A stretch of DNA of 64,000 nt from Mobula hypostoma. Taxonomy: Eukaryota. The notes beneath the pieces are model-generated. The model was not told the origin of the DNA, did no database searches, and saw only the letters and a list, made by a program, of their open reading frames with translations. Location: NCBI RefSeq assembly GCF_963921235.1, contig NC_086097.1:168456001-168520000 (forward strand), written 5' to 3'. The position numbers and the translations under genes are program-made. Shown piece by piece: positions 52,698 through 64,000 of the stretch (the first letter of the stretch is position 1; every line of letters starts with the position of its first letter).

Positions 52698-53204
52698 AAT
52701 TTTAAAAATTATTTTAAATTGTGTTTGATTCCAGAAATAAAAACTATCATTAGTGACAGACAAATGAGCTTGAAGGAAAACGAGAGGCAATAAAACCTCC
52801 CTGAAACTCAAACAGGGAAGAGAGAATTTGGACAACTTTCTGGTTTAATTTTCATTGCAGAGAAGACGGCTGAACAGCAGGGAGCAAAAAATATTGTTGT
52901 GATGTTACAGGGCTATTAATCAATTTAAACATAATAACATGAGTTCATCTGGGGTACTTTAATTAATTCAAATCAGAAATGAGAAAGCCAGCATCTGTAA
53001 TTATTACTGTGGAAGTACCAGATTGCTGTTAAAAGAACATGGTTCAAATACCTCTTGTTTTTGTTGTGGCAGCTGACTAATGCTTGCTCTCTGAAATTAC
53101 CCAATAAACCACTCAGTTTAAGAATAATTATGAATAGGAAATTATGCTGGACTTTCCAGCAATAAGTATATCCTCTGAATGAATGAAAGGCAGAGTCCCA
53201 TGAC

Positions 53205-53712
53205 AAACAACAGGAATTCTGCAGATGCTGGAAATTCAAGCATCACACATCAAAGTTGCTGGTGAACGCAGCAGGCCAGGCAGCAGCTCTAGGAAGAGGT
53301 ACTGTCGACGTTTCGGGCTGAGACCTTTCGTCAGGACTAACTGAAGGAAGAGCTAGTAAGAGATTTGAAAGTGGGAGGGGGAGGGGGAGGGGGAGGGGGA
53401 GATCCAAAATGATAGGAGAAGACAGGAGGGGGAGGGATGGAGCCAAGAGCTGGACAGGTGATTGGCAAAGGGGATATGAGAGGATCATGGGACAGGAGGC
53501 CCAGGAAGAAAGACAAGGGGGGGTGGGGGAAACCCAGAGGATGGGCAAGGGGTATAGTCAGAGGGACAGAGGGAGAAAAAGGAGAGTGAGAGAAAGAATG
53601 TGTGTATATAAGTAAATAACGGATGGGGTACGAGGGGGAGATGGGGCATTAGCGGAAGTTAGAGAAGTCGATGTTCATGCCATCAGGTTAGCAGAAGTTA
53701 GAGAAGTCGATG
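53205..53712 (-). mobile_element. Penelope pseudo-LTR (solo)
   Basis: Matches 14686-15110. Flanked by ATGACAAACA at 53200-53209 and 53710-53719. Hammerhead motif at about 53301-53338. Confidence 0.85.
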
Positions 53713-55145
53713 ACAAACATCAGCTTATTGTACAACTTACTATGTCTGAGGAATTTGGATAAATTATTTGTGATAGTCACTCACATGATCAATGATGGAT
53801 GCTACAAACATAGATTTCTAGAAGGCATTTGATAAAGCTTTATGAAGGAGATTACTCTGATGAGTTAGAAACCCCATTGTTGTGGCAACTAGTTCACTCA
53901 GTGAAGTTTGCCATGCTCTCTTCCGACTGGCCACCACACCAGTTCATATGCTCTCTTCCCACTCACTAAGGCCTCGGTTCCTGCATTCCCTTCTCCCTAA
54001 CCAGGGCCAGTCTCCACGCTCCCTTTGTGCTCACCATGGCCCCAGTTCCCATGCTTCCTTTATACTCAACAGAGCCCTAGTTCCAATTCTCCCTTTAAAC
54101 TTATCCGATTCACTAAAAATGCATTATATTGTTGTCTAACATTTAAAAATAAATTACACGAAAATTGCTTTATCTATAGTACCTTACCAACTCAGTGTCT
54201 TCCTGTGACCCATGACTATCCTCTTCATTATCAACAGTACCTTTAACTTATGCGTCATCTGCAATGATATTAATCACCCTCCTATGTTCATACCCATAAC
54301 GTTAATTACATAACAAACAGGAAGGGTCCAAGAACCGTTCCCTATTACATATCAATGGCCATGGGTTTTCAATCACAAATTAGATTTTTAATCATCACTT
54401 GTTGCTTCATACGACCAAGCCAATTTTGGATTTAACTTGCTCATTTACTCTGCACATCATGGGCTCTGATCTTTTTGACCAGTCTCCCACGTGCTACCTC
54501 ATCAAAGTTCTTATGGAAGTTCATGTAGACAACATCAACTACATTGCCCTTTGTCAATGCATTTTGTTACTTCTTCAAAAATGCAGTTAAATAGCCAGAC
54601 AGGATCGTGCTGTTTTCATTGATTAATCTTTGCACACTAATCCCGATTCCCCAGATGAACTCATGTTATTATGTTTGTAGGATTAATGCCTGACTTTCCG
54701 AGTGCACAACATTTTGTTAGATCTTTCTTCCCCAGTAACTTCTCTACTTCTAGTCTGTTCTTACTGACCAGATGTGATGAATGGAACCACCCTCGATAAC
54801 TGTAGTGTGTCTCTGCTTTTACATTTAAGAGATATCCATCATTAAAGACCCTCACCATCCGGGTCAAGCCCTATTATTTTTGCTGTTATCAGCCAGGAGG
54901 TACAGGAGCTTGAAGACCCATACCTTAAGGTTCAACAATAGTTCCTTTCCCACTGTCATTATGTTCTTGAACCGGTCTGAAAAGACTTAATACTACCTCA
55001 GACTATGTTTCTGGTTTTCTTTGTTGTTGTTTTTATGTTTATAAAATCTATATTTGCCATTTTGTAAAGTGCTGTGCTGCTGCTGCAAAAAGCTAACTTT
55101 CACAGCATAGTCAACTTGAATTTGAACATTCTTTTTGCATGTTTG

Positions 55146-55558
55146 GGGGGGGCTGTTGCTCAGTACCTGGCGAGACCTTTGTGGGGGGGGGCTGTTGCTC
55201 AGTACCTGGCGAGACCTTTGTGGGGGGGGGGCCTGCTGCTCAGTACCTGATGAGACCTTTGTGAGGGGGGTCTGTTGTTCAGTACCTGACGAGACCTTTG
55301 TGGGGAGGGGGGGCGCTGTTGCTCAGTACCTGATGAGACCTTTGTGGGGGGGGGGAGCTGTTGCTCAGTACCTGATGAGACCTTTGTGGGGGGGGGGGTC
55401 TGTTGTTCAGTACCTGACGAGACCTTTGTGGGGAGGGGGGGGGCTGTTGCTCAGTACCTGATGAGACCTTTGTGGGGGGGGGGAGGTGTTGCTCAGTACC
55501 TGATGAGACCTTTGTGGGGCGGGGGGGCTGTTGCTCAGTACCTGACAAGACCTTTGTG
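55146..55558. repeat. Minisatellite, 10 copies of a 39-44 bp unit overlapping a SPIRE1 exon/intron junction
   Basis: Unit CTGTTGCTCAGTACCTGATGAGACCTTTGTG(G)n. AGTACCT starts at 55162, 55201, 55242, 55281, 55325, 55367, 55409, 55453, 55495 and 55537. Confidence 0.95.
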
Positions 55559-55687
55559 TTGTCCATCATGGCGACGACGGCTGTTCGGCATCTTCTCCGG
55601 TTTCATCATTTTCCCCTCTTTCGGCATGGCTGATGGTCCCAAGGAAAAGATGGGAAGATTGCTGTAGGGCTTGGAAGGCAGTCGCAT
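55542..55687 (-). CDS. SPIRE1: Spire homolog 1, penultimate coding exon
   Basis: Acceptor gtgctctag, 146 nt, [48 protein letters not shown](R). Donor AG|GTACTG is phase 2, matching the last exon. Confidence 0.93.
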
Positions 55688-55793
55688 CTAGAGCACAAAC
55701 ACAAAGAAATTGTTGTTATTTAAGTAGTCCAGCTATTGATAGACATAGAAATGTGAAATAATTCAGATATAAACCTCAACAAAAGCAACATAC

Positions 55794-55821
55794 CTTTTTA
55801 CAACACTGTGAACACACCGGC
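55794..55821 (-). CDS. SPIRE1: Spire homolog 1, 28-nt exon (FYVE-like cysteines)
   Basis: ctcttcacag|G CCG GTG TGT TCA CAG TGT TGT AAA AAG|gtatgt = (R)PVCSQCCKK; phases fit both neighbours. Confidence 0.93.
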
Positions 55822-56199
55822 CTGTGAAGAGATAACCAACTCGTAAAAACAATTAAGTAATCACGCAGTTTGCTTATTGACTAAACAAACTCACTACTGG
55901 AGGGTTCATTTTTATCAGAAATTTAATGCTGTGATACATTTACAGTCTCCACCACATCAGCCACCTACAGTTAAAAGAGGCAGCTGACTACTCCAGCCAA
56001 ATGCAATAAATCAATATCAATGTCATGTCAATTTCAAGTGCGGCAGTTTCAATGTTGGATTACATCCACTGCTAATTAATATAAAAAATTTGGATAATGC
56101 CATCAACTGCAAGACCAGAAGCAACTTCTACGGAACAGCACTGGACTAATATAAAGTCTTATTCAGATAGGCAGACTTCACACCACCCGTGTCAATAAC

Positions 56200-56450
56200 C
56201 TGACCTGCTGACTGTCATCTGGGTTTAATGGGATGCACCGTCACCTTGGTCAGAAGTACCCCTCCTCAAGCTTGAGTGCTGAGTTCCAGAATGATTCTGT
56301 GGTGTGGTATGGAGGGAGTGCTACATATTCAGTGGTGCTACCTTTTGGATAATCCCTCGAGGGTGTAAATGTTCTCTATCAATGAAAAAAAAGCAAGTAA
56401 GTTCTTCCAGTGTCATTCTTCAATCAGCCAGTCAAACCATTATCTTGCTC
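56200..56450 (+). mobile_element. Ancient Deu-domain-like SINE remnant
   Basis: GAGGGAGTGCTACATATTCAGTGGTGCTACCTTTTGGAT resembles the DeuSINE core. A similar remnant lies on - at about 36170-36295. Confidence 0.4.
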
Positions 56451-58499
56451 ATTGTGTTAGAACTAACTACCCTGTTTTCTGCATTACAAACCTGACTACA
56501 CTTTAAAAAGGTCTGATTAACTGAAAGAGATGAGGAATGATGCTGTATAAATGCCATATCTTCCTGCATCATTATACTAGCAAGATATCCCAAGGTGTCA
56601 GCAGGAACCACGGTGACCAAGGTGCTAAGCAGGAATGCCACATGGATCCCAATTCACAATAGTAATAGACTGGCCCATGCCAACTAAGCTAGTTCCATTT
56701 GCCCATGTTTGGCAGATACGCCAGTGCAACTCTCTTATCCATGTACTTGTCCAAGTGCCTTTTAAATGTCATTATTGTACTTGCCTCAACCAATTCCTCC
56801 ATTAGCTTGTTTCATATACACGTATCTCTCTGTGTAATAAAGAATTTGCTCCTCAGGTCGCTTTTGAATCTTTCCCTCCCACCTTAAATCTATGTCCTCC
56901 AGTTTTTAATTCCCTTTCCATGGGAAAAAGACTGTGTGCATTCATCCTGTCTATGCCCCTCATTACTTCACAAACCTCCATAAAGTTACCTGCTCAATCT
57001 CCTACACGCCAAGGAAAATGCCCTACCCTGAAAATCTTCTCCCCATAATTCAGGCATCAAAAGTGTCTTCTTTTTTGTGTGAAACAGAGATCATGAAAGA
57101 ATCAAATCCAAAGAAATTTTTTTAAAAAGAAAAATTTAAAAAGAAAGGAATTTATTCAGTCAGAGGAGTGGTTTTTAAGGGTCATCTTGGAGAAAGAGAT
57201 GGAGAGGCTGAAGCTGGGACTCTGGAACACAGAACCTTGCAGAGCATCTTGAACTAGGGCTGTGCGAAAGCCAGTGACTGAAGCACAGAAGAACTTGCAT
57301 GATCCCAGGATGGAGAAGTTCACACAGCTTAGGCAGGGAAAATGCTGCTGGAAGATCTGAGAACAAAACAAGCTTTTAATATTGAGCTGGTGCTTATATA
57401 GGAAGTGTGAGCAGAGGTTAGTGGATTACACCCTCACTTTTGGATCAGAGAGTTTAAGACTCACTTATGAGTGCAAAAATCTGAGATGATGTTTTAATAC
57501 AGCACAGAGGGAGTGTGGGAATGACAGCAGAGCAGTCTCTTGAATGGGTTGTTAAGCCAAGCTTTGCTGATGAAAAGTTCAATGGAACCACCTCAAGGAG
57601 GAATAACAACATCGTCCCAGTGTAAAGCTTGGTGGGAGCACTAAGCAAACAAAAAAGCTTGGTGTGAATCAAGATGTTGCGACAGAGCAGTGGACAGCGT
57701 TACATTTGACATCTTTAATGAATGAAAACATTAGAGTTTCAGCCAGTGATGCATCACGTTCAGTATGTTTCAGGCACCTCACATTGAAACAGAGAGTGAC
57801 TTTAACATTATACATCAGGGATATTTGAGTAATAATCGTGCAACGCGACAAAAAAAAACACATTTTGTACTTTTCTCCCCCTTAACAACCATCTGCACAG
57901 AAACACAAGATGACAGGGATCAGCAGCCTTAAAACTAGAGAAAGCTTAAAGACCTTAAACTATTCAACCTGTGACCTAAAAGAAAAATCAGCTGCAGTTG
58001 CAGTTCATCAATTTTTTTGATACACAAATGAAAGCACTGTGCTTAAAATTAGTGCCTTTGTGGTATACCAATTATAGGGCATTGCGTGGCATTTCACACT
58101 AGTGCCACACACCAGATCTAAGTTGTGGGAATTGAACTAACAAAGTAAATGTGGTTTTGTCCTTGTTTGATCAACAAACTGTCAAAATACTAGCATTGTT
58201 GGCTTGGAAAGAGATAGAACAAAGCCTCCTCTTCCATTGACCTGAGTAGACAACTTGGGATGTTAATGTGGTAATTGTACAAGATGTTGGCAAGGCTGCA
58301 AGAGGAATATTGTGTTCCGTTCAGGTCACCCTCCTACGAAGGAAACATTCCATTAAACTGAAAAGGGTGTGAAAAAGATTGACAGGGATGTTGCCAATAT
58401 TCAAGAGACTGGTTATAGGGAGAGGTTGTGTAGGCTGGGACTTTTTCCTTGAAACGTAGGGGACTGAGAGGTGATCATATAAAGATGCAGATAATCAAG

Positions 58500-61400
58500 A
58501 CAGAATCAGAATCAGATTAATATCACTAGCATATGTCATGAAATTTGTTGTTTTGAGGCAGTAGTACATTGCAACACATAGTAAAGACTATAAATTACAA
58601 TAAGTATAAAAAAATTAAATATGTAATGCAAAAAGAGAGGGAAAAAAGTGAAGTAGTGTTCATGGGCTCATTGTCCATTCAAAAATCTGATGGTGGAAGG
58701 GAAGAAGTTGTTCTGAAAATGTTGTGTGTGTGCCTTCAGGCTCCTGTACCTCCTCCTTGATGACAGCATTTAGAAGAGAGCATGTCCTGGGTGATGGAGG
58801 TCCTTAATGATGGATGCCACCTTTTTGAGGCATCACCTTTTGAAGGTGTTCTGGATGTTGGGGAGTCTAGTGCCCATGATGGTGGTAGCTGAGTTTACAG
58901 CTTCTTACAGCTTTTTCCGATTTTGTGCAATGGCCCCTCCGTACCAGACAATGATCCAACCAGCTAGCATGCTTTCCACTGTACATGTATAGAAATTTGC
59001 GAGAGTCTTTGGTGGCATACCAATCTCCTCAAACTCCTAATGAAACACAGTCGATGTCAAGCCTTTTTTGTAATTGCATCAAAATGCTGGACCCTGGATT
59101 GATCTTCAGGGATATTGATTCCCAGGAACTTGAAACTGCTCAGACTTTCTTCTTCTGATCCCTCGATGAGGTCTGGTGTGTGTTCCCTTGACTTCCCCTT
59201 CCTGAAGTCCACAATCAATTCCTTGGTCTTATTGATGTTGAGTGCAAGGTTGCTGTTTCAACACCACTCAACCAGCTGATCGATCACAATCTTGTCACCA
59301 TCTGAAATTCTTCGAACAATAATTCTGTCATCGGCAAGTTTATAGATGCCATTTGAGCTGTGCTTAACCACACAGATATGGGTGCAGAGAGAGTAAAGTA
59401 GAAGACTAAGCACACATCTTTAAGGTGCACCAGTGTTCACTGTCAGTGAGGAGGAGATGTTATTTCAGACTGTTGTCTCCCAGTGAAGAAGTCAAGGATC
59501 CAGTTGCAGACTGAAGTATACAGGCCCAGGTTTTGGAGCTTGTTGATCAGAGCTGAGGGTATGATTGTCATAGATTCGTAGAAAAATACAGCACAGAAGC
59601 AGGCCCTTTGGCCCATCTAGTTTGTGGCAAATCATTTAAACAATGTACTCCCATCGACCTGCACCAGGACCATAGCTCTCCATAGCCCTGCCATTCACCT
59701 ATCTAAACTTCTCTTAAGTATGGAAATCAAACTCAAAAGCACTATGTGCTACCAGCACATTCCACACTTTCACGGCCTTCTGAGTGAGGAAGTTTCCCCT
59801 CATGTTTTCCTTAAACTTGTCACCTTTCAACTTTAACCCATGACCTGTAGTTGTAATGCCACCAAAACTCAGTGGAAAAAAACCTGCTTGCACTTACCAC
59901 ATCTACACCTCTCATAATATTGTATACCTCTATCAAATCTCCCCTCAGTCTTCCACGTTTTAAGGAATAAAGTCCTAACCTGTTCAATCTTTTCTGAAAA
60001 CTCAGATTCTCCAGTCCCAGCACCATCCTTGTAAATTTTCTCTATACTCTTTCAATCTTAATTACATCTTTCCTGTAAGTAGGAGGCTAAAAGTGCACAC
60101 AATACTCCAAATTAGGCCTCATCAATCTCTTATACAACTTCAACATAACATCCCATCTCCTGTATTCAATAATTTGATTTATGAAGGCCAATGTGCCAAA
60201 AGCCTTCTTTAGGACCCTATCAACCTGTGACACAATTTTTAATGAATAATGGACCTGTATTCCCAGATGTCTGTTCTATTACAATCCTCAGTGCCCGTCC
60301 ATTCACTGTGTGAGACCTACTGTGATTACTCCTACTGAAGTGTAACACCTCGCAGCTGTCTGCATTTCATCAGCTGGTCCAGATCCCACTGCAAGCTCTG
60401 ATAGTCTTCCTCTCTGTCCACTACACCCCCAATATTGGTGTTGTCTGCAAATTTGCTGATCCAGTTAACCACATTATCATCCAGATCATTGATATAGATG
60501 ACAAACAACAACGAACCCAGCACTGATCCTTGCAGCACTCCACTAGTCACAGGCCTCCAACAGTGAGCCAAGCGGGACCTTGTCAAATGTTAAAGTCCAT
60601 GTAGATAACATCCACTGCCTTGCTTTCATCAACTTCCCTGGTAACTTCCTTGAAAATCTCTATAAGACTGGTTAGTCATGACCTCCCATACACTAAGCCA
60701 TGCTGACAATCCTTAATCAGTTCATGTCTATCCAATTACTCATATAACCACTTCCTTAGAATAATTTTCAACTTTCACACTACTGATGTCAGGCTCACTG
60801 GCCTCTAATTTCCTGGTTTATTTTTAGAGATTTTCTTAAACAGTGGAACAACATTAATTACCCTACAGTCCTCTGATACCTGACCTGTCACTATGGATGA
60901 TTTAAATATCTCTGCTAAGACCCCTGCAATTGCTGCACTTGCCGCCCACAGGGTCTGAGGGAACAACTTGTCAGGCCTTGAGGAATTATCCACCCTAATT
61001 TGCCTCAGGGTAGCAAACACCCCCTCCTCTGTAATCTGTATATGGTCCATGAAGTTGCTGTCACCTTGCTTCACACCTGTAGACTGTATCCATCTCCTGA
61101 GTAAATACAGGTGCAAAAAATCCATTTAAGGTCTCCCCTATCTCTTTTAGCTCCATGCACAGATCACCATTCTTAGATTCCAGAGGACCGATTTTGTCCT
61201 TTGCAATCCTTTTGTTCTTAACATATCTGTAGAATCCCTTAGGATTCTCCTTCACCATGTCTGCTAGGGTAATATCATGCCTTCTTTTATTCTTCCTAAT
61301 TTCTTTCTGAAGTGTTCTCTTGCATTTCTTATACTCTATAAGTACTTCGTTTGTTCCTACTTACCTATACCTGCTCTGCATCTCCTTTTTTTTAAACCAA

Positions 61401-63200
61401 GGCTTTAATATCGCTTGAAAACCAAAGTACCCCAAACCTGTACCCTAAATCTTTACCTTTTATTCTGTCAGGCACGTACAAGCTTTGCACTCTCAAAATT
61501 TCACTTTTGAAGGCCTCCCACTTACCAAGTACACCTTTGCCAGAAAACAATATGTCCTAATCCACACTTGCCAGATAATTCCTGATACCATCAACGTTGG
61601 TCTTTCTCCAATTTAGAATCTCAACCCACGGATCAGATCTATCTTTTCCATATTTCTTTTGAAACTAATGGCATTGTGATCACTAGGTGCAAAGTATTCC
61701 CCTACACAAAACTTCTGTCACCTGCCCTGTCGCATTCCCTAAGAGCAGATCAAGTATCACACACCATCTCAATGAGACTTCTATGTACTGATTAAGGAAA
61801 CTTCCCTGAACATATTTGACAAACTCTATCCCATCTCGTCTTTTTATAATATGTAAAAGTCAATATGTGGAAAAATAAACTCACCTACTATAACAACCTT
61901 ATGTTTCTTCCAACAGTTTGCCATCTCTCTACAAATGTGTTCCTCTGAATCCCTCGGACTGTTAGGTAGTCTGTAATATAGCCGCATTAACATGATCATA
62001 CCTTTCTTATTACTCAGTTCCATCCATAACGCCACACTAGGCGAGTTCTCCGGTCTGTCCTGACTGGGGACTGCTGTGACTTTTTTCCTGAATAGTAACA
62101 CCATCCCTCCTCCTCTAATTCCTCTTGTTCTGTCTCGTTTAAAACAATGGAACCCCGAAACATTGAGCTACCAATACTGCCCCTCCAGCAACCAAGTCGC
62201 AGTAATGTCTGCTATACCATAATTCCATGTCTTGATCCATACCCTGATGATGTTGAACACTGAGCTGTAATCAATAAGCAGCAGCCTGATGTCCAGGTGA
62301 ATCAAAGCTGAGTGGAAAGCCAGTAAGATTGCATTCACTATAGAGCTAGTGTGGGGATAGGCAAATTGCAATGGGTCCAGGTCCTTTCTTATGCAGGAGT
62401 TAAGTCTAGCTAACTCTCAAAGCACTTCATTACAGTGGCTGTGAGTGCCACTGGGTGAGAGTCATTGAGGAAGCTCACCCTGATCTTCTTCAGCACTGGT
62501 ATGATTGTTGCCCTTTTGAAACAGGTGGAAACCTCTGAATGAGAGATTGAAGATACCCTTCAACACGCCTCCCAGTTGGTTGGCACAGGTTTTCAGTGCT
62601 CTACCAAGTACACCAACAGGGTCCGATGCTTGCAAGGATTTACCCTCTTGGAAGATGCTCCTAAGTCAGCCTCCAAGACAGAGATCACCAGAGGCTGCAG
62701 GAAATCACTCAGGTGTAGTTTTATTCTTCCTTTAAGTGTGCATAAAAGGTGTCAAGCTCAGCTGGGAGTGAAGCATCACAGCCGTTCACGATAGTAGTTT
62801 TTGCTTTGTAGGAAGTAATGGCCTGCAAACCCTGCCAAAGCTGAAGTGCACCCGAATCAGTTTCTGACCTCAGCTGGAATTGTTCTTTCACTTTTAAAGT
62901 AGCATTCTGTAGGTCATCCTAGATGTCTTTTATAGTTCTGGATCACTGGTCTTGAAGGCCACGGATCTAGCCCTTAGCAGACTATGAATCTCCTGGTTCA
63001 TCCACAACTTTTCATTTGGGTATGTCCAGTACTTTCTCAAAGGCACACACTCATCTGCACAGGTCTCGATGAAGTCGATGACAACTGTGGCGTATTCATT
63101 CAGATTTTAAGATTAATCCCTGGATATTGTCCAGTCCACTGGTTCAATGCAGTCCTGCACATGTTCCTTCACCTCCCCAGACCATATCTTCTTGATCCTC
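58500..63200 (-). mobile_element. Rex1/Babar-type LINE split by a CR1 LINE (59570-62244)
   Basis: Rex-like IRLLLIDYSSVFNII, with an (AATCAG)n tail at about 58500. The CR1 has GVLQGSVLGSLLFVIYINDLD, KFADNT and VKENPKGFYRY. Confidence 0.85.
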
Positions 63201-63204
63201 AACA

Positions 63205-63535
63205 CTGATAGATAGTGAGAATGCGAATAGTCTTTTAAGGAGTTGGGAATCAAGAACTAGGGGGCATAGGTTTAAGATGACAAGGGAAAGATTTAATAGG
63301 AGCCAGATGGTCATTTTTTTTTTTTTTTTACACAGAGGATGGTTTATATATAGAAATGAACTGCCAGAGAAAGTGGATGAGGCAGGTACAATAGCGAGTT
63401 GGACAGATACACGGATTGGAAAGCTTAAGAAGGATAGAGGCCAAATGTGGACAAATGGGGTGAACTTGGGTCTTGGTTGTCATGGACCAGCTGAGCCAAA
63501 GGGCCTGTTTCTATGTTGTATGACTTCATGACACT
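63205..63535 (+). mobile_element. CR1 3' end, continuation of the fragment at about 58250-58500
   Basis: NELPEKVDEAGT and the CR1 3' UTR AAAGGGCCTGTTTCTATGTTGTATGAC. Confidence 0.75.
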
Positions 63536-63977
63536 GCTAACAGAGGAGGAACCAAGTTGAAGGCATGATCTTCTGTTGAATTTTGTCACTGGTTTGCTTC
63601 AGCAGACCTCCGAGGGACTAATTGATAATGGAATTGGAAAAGGCAGGGAAAGTGTGAATGTCTCGATTTTGGAGGGATGTCTTCAGAGGAGTCAACGAAT
63701 CTCATTTAGGCAGTAAGAAAAAAAAACAGTAACATTCAACTAACCAAGCTTTGGTGAAATAGATGAAAGGCTTATCAACTAACACACATCAACAATAATT
63801 TCTTGTTAATCTGTTTTCTTCTTTTGAGAAATTATGACAAACAGATGCCGTATATCCTATGTTTGATAAACGTTTTCTCAACTGCCATCTGAACAAAGGT
63901 CACAAACAATACAGACATACGACAGGAGAGTGATAAGAGCGATTTGTGAGGATGCGTGAGGAAGGCATGAGGCGAAC

Positions 63978-64000
63978 CTTTTACAGAACTGGCAGGTATA
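63978..64000 (-). CDS. SPIRE1: Spire homolog 1 exon, partial (runs off window end)
   Basis: TAT ACC TGC CAG TTC TGT AAA AG|gttcgc = YTCQFCK(R), phase 2, joining the 28-nt exon. Confidence 0.85.

Noticed and set aside
55146..55558. CRISPR-like or hammerhead array (units contain CTGATGA)
   Set aside because: The 'spacers' are only variable G-runs, there are no cas genes and the context is eukaryotic. No GAAA box or stem II follows CTGATGA. ORFs over the array are repeat artefacts.

Overview
Vertebrate genomic DNA, AT-rich and dense in repeats. The CR1, Penelope, Rex1/Babar and V-SINE content suggests a cartilaginous fish, probably a ray (inference). Three protein-coding genes can be read. (1) The last coding exon and 3' UTR of a PRELID3/SLMO gene on + (2273-2386), probably PRELID3A from its tail-to-tail position with SPIRE1. 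(2) The last four coding exons of SPIRE1 on - (63978-64000 partial, 55794-55821, 55542-55687, 49733-50000). (3) Between them, a complete 5-6-exon + strand gene I cannot name (25219-40719 or 41258; about 275-282 aa). It encodes an N-terminal CARD, two 21-aa RHIM-like repeats and an acidic tail, and has a consensus NF-kB site about 120 bp upstream of the ATG. This candidate CARD-to-RHIM innate-immune or cell-death adaptor is the main finding. Other notable items: a 10-copy minisatellite that multiplies a SPIRE1 5' splice site, Penelope elements carrying minimal hammerhead ribozymes, and several nested insertions with readable target-site duplications. Repeat boundaries are approximate, and comparisons to human proteins are from memory, not from searches.
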